From Candidatus Campbellbacteria bacterium (GTDB lineage Bacteria; Patescibacteriota; Minisyncoccia; Phycocordibacterales; EsbW-18): 64,000 nt of DNA. Below are positions 29,496 through 36,738 of the stretch, in pieces (the first letter of the stretch is position 1; every line of letters starts with the position of its first letter). Where the stretch lies: the NCBI GenBank assembly GCA_024653945.1, contig JANLIT010000003.1, positions 30,097-94,096 of the forward strand, read 5' to 3'. The translations under genes and the position numbers were made by a program. The notes under the pieces were generated by a model, which was not told the DNA's origin, made no database searches, and saw nothing but the letters and a program-made list of their open reading frames with translations.

Positions 29496-29993
29496 ATGAC
29501 GGTAGTCGGCGTGATTGTGTACTGTTTCATCGGGTTGGTCCTCGCAGTCCCCTACTGTCTTTTGGCAGGATGGAGCCCTGAGAGTCTCCCCGCCGTAGCA
29601 ACCTTCGGGCCAGCATTTCTGCTCATCTGGCTCCTGTTCGGAGTAACCTCAGGAGTCGTGGTGCCAAACAGCAATCGAAAGTGGTTGCCTGTTCGATTTC
29701 ATTGGCGTGGTTCCCGAAGTAAGTCAACCGCCCCCAGAAGCGTGTTCTGGATATGGACCGCCTACGGCCTCCTTCCCATCTTAGTGCACTGGAGTTCGAT
29801 GCTTCTCGGAAAAATGGGCTACAGCGAGATTGCTTTACTGCTCAATGCCAATCGCTACATGAGCATCGTCTACGTTTTTCTTGGTGGTCTCGTGGTAGCT
29901 TGTCTGCTCATAGTTGCCTTCGGGGTTTGGGAGGGGTTGAAAAACGCCCGGACGTGGGTGCTACACCATGTGCCGTGGCGAGTTAGTCACTAG
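29496..29993 (+). CDS. Membrane protein (orphan cassette)
   Basis: SD AAAGGAG; about four TM helices; terminator at about 30010-30060. Confidence 0.7.
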   Translation: MTVVGVIVYCFIGLVLAVPYCLLAGWSPESLPAVATFGPAFLLIWLLFGVTSGVVVPNSNRKWLPVRFHWRGSRSKSTAPRSVFWIWTAYGLLPILVHWSSMLLGKMGYSEIALLLNANRYMSIVYVFLGGLVVACLLIVAFGVWEGLKNARTWVLHHVPWRVSH

Positions 29994-30194
29994 GAACCGG
30001 TTCTCGTCGAGTCCTTCACGAAAGGAGTTTTACACAAACTCTATCGTGTGGGACTCTTTTCGTATCCCCGTGTTCGTTGCAAGTATCGATACTTGTGCCA
30101 GATGAGCAATGCCACTATTTTATCTCAAGTCAGACCAACAAAAAAACATCCCCAGAACACTGTTCTGGGGGTACTACCGGGGTTCGTCTTGTGT

Positions 30195-30602
30195 CTATTT
30201 ACAAACGGACAACAGCCTGAATGCGCTGGGATTCACCGTAACGGGAGGAGGGGGTGGTTCCTCCGCGGCGTTGATGAAGACCCTGTTCTCATCGGCGAAG
30301 AACCGTAGAAGTCTCTTCCAGTCCGATGGGGGTCCAGTCACAAGGAAGAGCTTCCAGAGAACATTCCTGTTGCCCACGTCGCTGAAGACGATGTCCCCGA
30401 GATACCGGTGCACGCCATCTTCGCACTCGTACCAGAAGTATGCTCCGTTCAACCCCTCCGGCTTCACCGAGCCGACAAGCAGGTTCTTGCCGATGCGCAT
30501 CAGCGAGGCCATCTTAATGGCGGTCTCACTCACATCAACACGAACGTGTTCGCCACTGACCAGTCGGACGGTCTTCACTTGGGCTTTCCTACCTTTTTTC
30601 AT
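30195..30602 (-). CDS. Hypothetical protein (orphan cassette)
   Basis: SD AGGAAGG; promoter TTGACT-16-CATAAT at 30663-30690; GC-rich codons. Confidence 0.7.
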   Translation of the reverse strand: MKKGRKAQVKTVRLVSGEHVRVDVSETAIKMASLMRIGKNLLVGSVKPEGLNGAYFWYECEDGVHRYLGDIVFSDVGNRNVLWKLFLVTGPPSDWKRLLRFFADENRVFINAAEEPPPPPVTVNPSAFRLLSVCK

Positions 30603-30690
30603 GGTCTGTTCCTTCCTGAAAAGGCTGACGGGACTCGTCTGCCTGTTTGTTTTCTATTTTTGATTATGCACTTTTCTATTTAAAAGTCAA

Positions 30691-31017
30691 TTACTTGGAG
30701 TTCAGTGTGTCTATTTTTGACGCAAGGATAAAGTCGTTCACGGACAAACCGTCGACAGCGTGCGTCCAGAGCGAGAGCTCAACAACATTATAGAAAATAG
30801 AAATGTCTGGGTGATGGCCTTCTTTTTCTGCAATAGGCATAATCGCATTTACAAAAGCAACCGATTCAGGAAATGTTTTGAACTGAAACTTTTTGTAAAG
30901 CCGTCCCTCTTTCAACGACCATGTTGGAACAAGAAGAAGATTTTTTGCAATTCCCTCCTCACTCATGGGTGGCATACCACCTTCACACGGCACACAGTGT
31001 TGTTGTGATAGTTCCAT
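30691..31017 (-). CDS. Pterin-4-alpha-carbinolamine dehydratase
   Basis: CVPCEGG, AEKEGHHPDI and WTHAVDGLSVNDFILA motifs. Confidence 0.92.
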   Translation of the reverse strand: MELSQQHCVPCEGGMPPMSEEGIAKNLLLVPTWSLKEGRLYKKFQFKTFPESVAFVNAIMPIAEKEGHHPDISIFYNVVELSLWTHAVDGLSVNDFILASKIDTLNSK

Positions 31018-31025
31018 AGAATGGT

Positions 31026-31331
31026 TTACAGAATTATCGTTGTGGCAATAATGGCGAGAAATACAACAAGCCATCCGAGTGTTGCACAAAATAATATAAA
31101 TGCCTCGCGTTTCATTCCATCCAGATACAAGAGTATTGGTTTACCTAACACAAGCCCGCCAGTTATGGATGCTGAAACAACAAAGAGTAAAAGCATGAAA
31201 ATAGGGAGAGCAAAACCAGCCACGTTATCAATTCCTTGAGTATTGAATCCAAGCCACGCAATTCCAGACACATAGATACATACTCCGCCGGCATTCATAA
31301 AACTTCTCAGAAGATAGTTTGATGTTTTCAT
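31026..31331 (-). CDS. Small three-TM membrane protein
   Basis: LLLFVVSASITGGLVLGKPILLYLDG; hydrophobic overall. Confidence 0.8.
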   Translation of the reverse strand: MKTSNYLLRSFMNAGGVCIYVSGIAWLGFNTQGIDNVAGFALPIFMLLLFVVSASITGGLVLGKPILLYLDGMKREAFILFCATLGWLVVFLAIIATTIIL

Positions 31332-31420
31332 ACGATTTCACAAAATCGCGTCGCGCAATTGTTGATTCTGCAGAATCATGTCACGTACTGTCCATTAAAA
31401 CGTGACCTAAAGCGCGACGT
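31332..31420 (-). repeat. Nested two-hairpin repeat ending 1 nt before the ATG
   Basis: CGTCGCGC-TTTAG-[GTCACGT..ACGTGAC A TGATTCTGCAGAATCA]-ACAATT-GCGCGACG CGATTTTGTGAAATCG T ATG. Confidence 0.92.
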
Positions 31421-31546
31421 ATATTGTGATGGTTATGGTTAGGTTTAGTGTAGCACCTTGAAACCACCCTGTCCTGAGCAATTTTCAAGTGTCTGAGCCC
31501 ATGTCTAAAAATGATATACTGGCATCATATACATAACCCACACACC

Positions 31547-31870
31547 ATGAGTACATCAGCACAAACATTGGACAGTTTGAGAAAAGCGCTGGAGGAAGAG
31601 GGGCGTGAACTAAAAAGAAAACAGGAAAAATATAAAGAAAAACAAGGTGACGTGGCAAGTAAAAAAAGGATGTACGAAAGCAAACAGGCATCTGCCGATG
31701 AAAAACTAGCAGAAGCAAATAAATTAAAAAGGGAATTTGAAGAAGCAGAAGCGGATGCCAACTCTCTTCAGGATGAAATTATGGTTCTTGAACAACAAAG
31801 AGAAGCGGATGCAGAAAGATTGAGCGAAATGCAAAAAGAATTGGAAAAAGCGATTAAGACCGGAAAATAG
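31547..31870 (+). CDS. Small coiled-coil protein
   Basis: E/K/A-rich heptad pattern. Confidence 0.7.
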   Translation: MSTSAQTLDSLRKALEEEGRELKRKQEKYKEKQGDVASKKRMYESKQASADEKLAEANKLKREFEEAEADANSLQDEIMVLEQQREADAERLSEMQKELEKAIKTGK

Positions 31871-31945
31871 TTTTTAAACTTCTGTTGTTCTTGTTTTTTT
31901 ATATGTGTAGCACCAGTGTATACTAACCTCAGTAGAATTTAGCAT

Positions 31946-32016
31946 CGGGCCGTAGTATACCGGTAGTACGCGTGCTTCGGGAGCACGTAGACCGAGTTCG
32001 ATTCTCGGCGGCCCGA
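31946..32016 (+). tRNA. tRNA-Pro(CGG)
   Basis: Acceptor CGGGCCG/CGGCCCG; anticodon arm CGTGC-TTCGGGA-GCACG; T arm with GTTCGATTC; CCA not encoded. Confidence 0.95.
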
Positions 32017-32268
32017 CACTTTGGTTCGATTCCTGTGGGGTGCGTGTGTCTATACTACCGCAGATTATGCTTGTTTTGAAGGCATTTTATGGTATTATTT
32101 TCTTCGTTGTGGGCCTTGTATCTTCGATTACTCGATACGGGCCCTCAGCAGACCACATAAACGTTCGAATTTCCATCCTCTGCGGTTCGGTCAAAAATGA
32201 AAGCAAGCTTTCCTTTTTGTCCTCGCCTCGACGACTTCATTCTCGCGTTTGCGTGCCATCCTTTTTTT

Positions 32269-32344
32269 GGGCCCGTAGTTCATCTGGTAGAACGCCTCAT
32301 TTGCAATGAGGAGGTAAGCGGTTCGAGTCCGCTCGGGTCCACCA
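32269..32344 (+). tRNA. tRNA-Ala(TGC)
   Basis: GGGCCCG/CGGGTCC acceptor with G3-U70; CCTCA-TTTGCAA-TGAGG; GGTTCGAGTCC; 3' ACCA. Confidence 0.97.
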
Positions 32345-32347
32345 AAA

Positions 32348-32896
32348 ATGCAATTTCTTGAACCATTCAATATCGCTCTCTTTTATATTCTGAACTCACT
32401 TGTTGGGAAGTCAGCGTTTCTCGACAACGTGATTATATTTTTTGCCGAGCCGTTTACGTATGTGCTCATTGCAATAGTCTGCATTGTCATCTACCGAGAT
32501 ATTAATCGTGAGCGTGTGCAGGAATTTTTATGGAATGTTGCGGGTCTTATCATAAGTGTGGTTGGTGCATATGTTGTAACTGGTTTCTTTCGCCTTTTTT
32601 ATGACCACCCGCGACCTCTCTGGGCTCTTGGTGCACCACATTTGCTTATTGAAACAACTTCCTCGTTTCCATCGGCACACACTATTTTTCTTTTCAGTTT
32701 GGCAACCTCAATGTACTTTTTCGGAAATAAAAAGTTGGCGTACTTTTTGTACGCCTCTGGTCTTGTGGTAGGTATTGCTCGTGTTATTGCGGGCGTTCAC
32801 TTCCCTTTGGATATTCTCGGAGGAATTGTGTTCGGTGTTGCGATTGGATACATCGTGCGCTTCGCACTTCACCGATACGCCAAGGTAACAATGTGA
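32348..32896 (+). CDS. PAP2-family phosphatase (undecaprenyl-diphosphatase-like)
   Basis: HPRP, SFPSAH and RVIAGVHFPLD motifs. Confidence 0.9.
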   Translation: MQFLEPFNIALFYILNSLVGKSAFLDNVIIFFAEPFTYVLIAIVCIVIYRDINRERVQEFLWNVAGLIISVVGAYVVTGFFRLFYDHPRPLWALGAPHLLIETTSSFPSAHTIFLFSLATSMYFFGNKKLAYFLYASGLVVGIARVIAGVHFPLDILGGIVFGVAIGYIVRFALHRYAKVTM

Positions 32897-33834
32897 TCAA
32901 GAAAATGTGCGAGTGGAACCCCCACCGCATTGAGAGATTTTGGGAAAAGTGATTCTGATGTTAATCCCGGAAGCGTATTTATTTCAAGCACATACACATC
33001 TCCGCGCGGAGTAACCATGCAATCCGTTCGCGAATAGTGTGACGCACCAACTGCTTGGTGTGTGGCACGCGCCGCATCTTGAATCGCTTGTGTTTCTTCT
33101 CGTGAAAATCGTCCTGGGCATCGCTCTTCTGCTCCACCTCCATACTTTGCATCAGAATCAAAAAATGCCGATTCTTTTGGTGGAATGATTTCTATCGGCA
33201 AGAGTGTGTACACTTTTTCTCCCTTAAAATCTTCAATAACACCACACGTTGCTTCTTTGCCATTCACAAATGCTTCAATAAGCACTTCGGGAGAAAACTT
33301 TGAGGCGCGTTCTATTGCCTCACCTAGGTCATCAAATTTTCGTACAATTGAAACACCGAATGATGAACCGTCAGCGACAGGTTTTACCACACTTGGGTTT
33401 GGAAACGTTTTAAATATCTCAAGTACGTCGGAAGGTCCTTGTGTTCGTGTGTCAAAAATAATATGCGGGGGTGTTTTGATGCCATTTTGAGCAAGTACCT
33501 CTTTAGTGCGCCCTTTGTGCATCGCAAGCGCTGATGCAAACGAACGTGAGCCAGTGTATGGAGTTGCCGTGCTTTCAAGTATTCGCTGAACTTCACCGTC
33601 TTCTCCATATGCCCCATGAAGTGCATTGAACACAACATCAACACGCTTTGTCGCGTGCTCGGGTGCTAGTGGGAATCCATCTGCGTGCCATTGTCCCGCT
33701 TTATCAATAAAAATATCCACGGGCTCATATTTTTCGCGTTCGAGTGTATCCAAAACCGTCTTCCCTGTTTTCAGAGAAATATCGTATTCATTACTCGGAC
33801 CTCCACGAAGTACACCAACTCGAATTTTTGTCAT
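32869..33834 (-). CDS. ddl: D-alanine--D-alanine ligase
   Basis: GGPSNEYDIS, LHGAYGEDG, GSS.G and EINTLPG motifs. Confidence 0.95.
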   Translation of the reverse strand: MTKIRVGVLRGGPSNEYDISLKTGKTVLDTLEREKYEPVDIFIDKAGQWHADGFPLAPEHATKRVDVVFNALHGAYGEDGEVQRILESTATPYTGSRSFASALAMHKGRTKEVLAQNGIKTPPHIIFDTRTQGPSDVLEIFKTFPNPSVVKPVADGSSFGVSIVRKFDDLGEAIERASKFSPEVLIEAFVNGKEATCGVIEDFKGEKVYTLLPIEIIPPKESAFFDSDAKYGGGAEERCPGRFSREETQAIQDAARATHQAVGASHYSRTDCMVTPRGDVYVLEINTLPGLTSESLFPKSLNAVGVPLAHFLDHIVTLAYR

Positions 33835-33870
33835 GTATAAAGTATACCGCACACATGAACATTTTTGAAA

Positions 33871-34129
33871 AAGAAAAGCGGCGCCTTATCGTAGCGCCGT
33901 TTTCCGAGTACTGAGACGTCCTCGCGAGCTTTCCGTGGGGCACGGTTCAGCTGGGTTGGATGTTCTCGGAACAGTACGCGACCTTCAGATTCTTTTGAGT
34001 GGAGAATCGGAAAAGGTCGAAGAAAAGAACCGGAGATCGATAAGGCTCATGTCTTTAGCCCCATCAGACGTTCGCGCCCACGGCCCGGTCGATCAGCTGG
34101 CCAGTAGATTGCAGGGCGTTTGAACCTGC
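33871..34129 (-). ncRNA. Candidate structured ncRNA A
   Basis: Extended -10 TGGTATACT at 34134-34142; many hairpins; terminator CGGCGC/GCGCCG plus U-run. Confidence 0.5.
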
Positions 34130-34155
34130 CTGTAGTATACCACAAAAAATAAGAC

Positions 34156-34488
34156 AAAAAGAAAACCCCGGATTACGCTCCGGGGGTCGAGTGGTAACTT
34201 TTTTTCGCATGTTCGTGTGAACGACATGCGGTGCTGGGCTCGAGGCGTTCCCTACCTGAAATCGGTGCAATCTCGCCCAACCATCTACTCACACTCTGTG
34301 CGCCATTTTTTCTTTCCCTAAGAGGAAAATCGGGTTGGAACCCAAAAGCGCTTTGAGACGCCCCTTTCAAGGTATTTTGAGCGTCTCGGACGGGCGCAAC
34401 GAAAGCGGCTTCTCTGCTTGATACACAGGAAGGTCCGGAGGGGTCATCCAAAAAGTGACCCACCAACCCGCCTGAACGTGCGCCCGTG
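34156..34488 (-). ncRNA. Candidate structured ncRNA B
   Basis: -10 TACTAT at 34495-34500; ACGGGCGCA/TGCGCCCGT closes a multiloop; further hairpins; terminator CCCCGGA/TCCGGGG plus U-run. Confidence 0.55.
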
Positions 34489-34514
34489 GACCTTATAGTA
34501 CTTATCCTAGTATT

Positions 34515-35738
34515 TTAATGCAACCTTAATGTTTTTTTCCTAAACGTAGAGATTGCAAAACGATGTGCCTCATTGTTGGCGAGAAGAATTTCCTTTCCAT
34601 ACTCTGTGATGTGTTCCTTATTTCCAAGCAATTTTTCAGGTCGGTGTCGTTCGTTTTTTGTAACCGCAACAACAGGAATTTGATAGCCAAAGGTTTTCAA
34701 CACTTTTTCTGCGGTATTCTTTTGAGCAATACCACCATCCACAACAATAAGTTTCGGCAACTGCCATTCGTTGTGATTGAGTCGTCGTTCTAAAATTTCA
34801 GCAAGTCCTGCGGTGTCCCCTTTTTGATGTGTTTTAATAGTGAATGTTCGATATTCTTTTTTGTTGGATTCCCCATTTTCCACAACCGTCATCACTCCCA
34901 CTCGAGCCGTTCCAGAAATATGCGCCACATCATATGCTTCAATACGGAACGAGTTTGTAGCTTGTAGCTTGTAGCTTGTAGCTTTTAAAAGAGACACGTC
35001 CTGAATATGTTGCAGAGCGTACAGACGACGTTTCATTTCAGACGCCATTTCAAATTGTTTTGTCCTAGCATACGCCTTCATGTCACGCGTAATGGCACGG
35101 ATAAGTTGTTTCTTTTTCCCCTCAAAAAAGAGCACAATATGCCGAATTGTTTTTTTGTACTCACGTGGAGTGATATTCTTCGATTGGGGTGAAAGTCCAA
35201 TCTCTTCATACAAACGAGACGCTCGTCTTCTGTCCGTCGCAAGAGGTGCATCTGTCTTTCCGCGATACGGAAATATTTTACGTATAATTTTGAGCGCTTC
35301 CTGTAACTGTGTCCCATATGGAAACGGTCCAAATGTTTTTTGATATTTGATATTTAATATTTGATTTTGCAACAGTTCTCGGTGGCGTATCGTAAAGACA
35401 CGAGGAAATTGCTCAAAGGTGATTACGACGTAATTAAAGCTGGTGTCACTTTTTTCTTTTGCGTTGTACTTCGGCTGGTGCTTTTTAATAAGCACCGCTT
35501 CAAGGATAAGCGCCTCCAATACCGAGTCGGTTTTCTCCACACGAACACCTGTTGCCTCCTCAAGCATTTTTACAATGCGCGGTCCACGTGTCTCTGTAAT
35601 ATCAGACAAGAAATAACTTTTCACCCGAGAACGGAGCGATGTTGCCTTTCCAATGTACAAAATCTTCTTTCCTTTTAAGAAGAAGTACACGCCCGGCATG
35701 TCGGGAAGTGTGTGTATTTTAGAATCAATGAATTTCAT
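34515..35738 (-). CDS. uvrC: Excinuclease ABC subunit C (short form, no C-terminal HhH)
   Basis: GVY..YIGKA (GIY-YIG), UVR helix, IEAYDVAH and VVDGG motifs. Confidence 0.9.
   Translation of the reverse strand: MKFIDSKIHTLPDMPGVYFFLKGKKILYIGKATSLRSRVKSYFLSDITETRGPRIVKMLEEATGVRVEKTDSVLEALILEAVLIKKHQPKYNAKEKSDTSFNYVVITFEQFPRVFTIRHRELLQNQILNIKYQKTFGPFPYGTQLQEALKIIRKIFPYRGKTDAPLATDRRRASRLYEEIGLSPQSKNITPREYKKTIRHIVLFFEGKKKQLIRAITRDMKAYARTKQFEMASEMKRRLYALQHIQDVSLLKATSYKLQATNSFRIEAYDVAHISGTARVGVMTVVENGESNKKEYRTFTIKTHQKGDTAGLAEILERRLNHNEWQLPKLIVVDGGIAQKNTAEKVLKTFGYQIPVVAVTKNERHRPEKLLGNKEHITEYGKEILLANNEAHRFAISTFRKKTLRLH
34955..34984 (-). repeat. Heptamer tandem repeat (GCTACAA)x4 inside uvrC
   Basis: Four perfect TTGTAGC copies on the + strand. 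Confidence 0.9.
35340..35367 (-). repeat. Degenerate heptamer repeat x4 inside uvrC
   Basis: TTGATAT TTGATAT TTAATAT TTGATTT. Confidence 0.75.
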
Positions 35739-35744
35739 CTCACA

Positions 35745-36707
35745 TTAGGCGACCTTTCGTAATTCTGCTTCTGTGGCATGCAATTCTTCTTCTGCTTTAC
35801 GCAATTCCGCCCTAGCTTTTGCTTCCTCTGCTTTTTTGTCAACCAACTCCCTCTCTTTAGTCTTCATGCTATGGCTACCTGGAAGAAGTTTACCTTGTGC
35901 TGTGGCAATTGTTTTTTTAGCAACATCTTCTTCGGTGCTACTTTTTTGTAGTGTTGCTTCCTGCATCTTTGCCTGACGCGTGGTAGTTTCCAATTCTCCT
36001 GCAACCTTTTGAATTTCTCCCTCTATAGAGTGTAATAATGTTTCCGTCTTCTTTGTATCTGCCTCTCTCTTTTTTTCCTCTATCTGCAGTGTGTCCTTGT
36101 TCCGTGCCCCTTTTTGAGTTACGGTGGTTATTTTTGTAAGTTTTTGTTTAGTCTGTTCTAATTGCGTCTTTTCTTGTAAAAGGGTTGCTTTTTCTTCATT
36201 CAAACGTGCTTCATCTGCGCGTATACTTATTGTAAGAGTTTCCATCTCTTTTTCTAGAACACTTAATAGGCGCTCTAGTTCAAGTTTTTCCTGTTCATCT
36301 TTTTGGCTACCTGTTGGTGTTTTACTAGCAGCTTTCTGCCCTAATTCTGCAAGGGTTGCTGTAAACTCTGCTTTCTTTTTAGTCAGTTCTGCCAACTGAG
36401 TTTTGAACGTTTTTATTTTAGCAACAATACCTTGACTTTCCGTTTTTCCGCGCACCGTTGTTCCAAAAACTTGTCTGAGTTTCTCTTTTGCTTTTTTTTC
36501 TTCTTGCCCAATCGCTTCTTGTTGCGCAACAAGAGCGGTGTGATCCCGTTCACTGTCGTGAATTTCATCTCCCAGCTTTCTCAATTTCTCCGTTAGGTTT
36601 TTTATGTGCAGTTCTTCGTCTCTTTTTTTTGTGGCAAGTTGGTTTTTTTGAATATTCCTTGTCTCCTCTTGGGCACGCTTCAAATCGTCTGGGTGTAGAT
36701 TGGGCAT
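35745..36707 (-). CDS. Long coiled-coil protein
   Basis: About 320 aa, K/E/Q/T-rich, between uvrA and uvrC. Confidence 0.75.
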   Translation of the reverse strand: MPNLHPDDLKRAQEETRNIQKNQLATKKRDEELHIKNLTEKLRKLGDEIHDSERDHTALVAQQEAIGQEEKKAKEKLRQVFGTTVRGKTESQGIVAKIKTFKTQLAELTKKKAEFTATLAELGQKAASKTPTGSQKDEQEKLELERLLSVLEKEMETLTISIRADEARLNEEKATLLQEKTQLEQTKQKLTKITTVTQKGARNKDTLQIEEKKREADTKKTETLLHSIEGEIQKVAGELETTTRQAKMQEATLQKSSTEEDVAKKTIATAQGKLLPGSHSMKTKERELVDKKAEEAKARAELRKAEEELHATEAELRKVA

Positions 36708-36738
36708 AATTGATTGTGATAAGTAGTAAGCGTTTGAA

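Noticed and set aside
31332-31420. Integron attC sites
   Set aside because: No RYYYAAC/GTTRRRY ends, no integrase, and copies sit before housekeeping genes rather than in a cassette array.
32040-32309. 89-aa ORF between the tRNAs
   Set aside because: It overlaps tRNA-Ala and its promoter and has no recognisable protein features.
32869-32896. Convergent overlap of PAP2 and ddl
   Set aside because: Short 3' overlaps are ordinary in compact genomes.
28470-33834. Replication terminus at the switch from mostly + to mostly - genes
   Set aside because: By eye the + strand looks C-rich on both sides and no dif-like site was recognised. A cumulative GC-skew plot would be needed to settle it.
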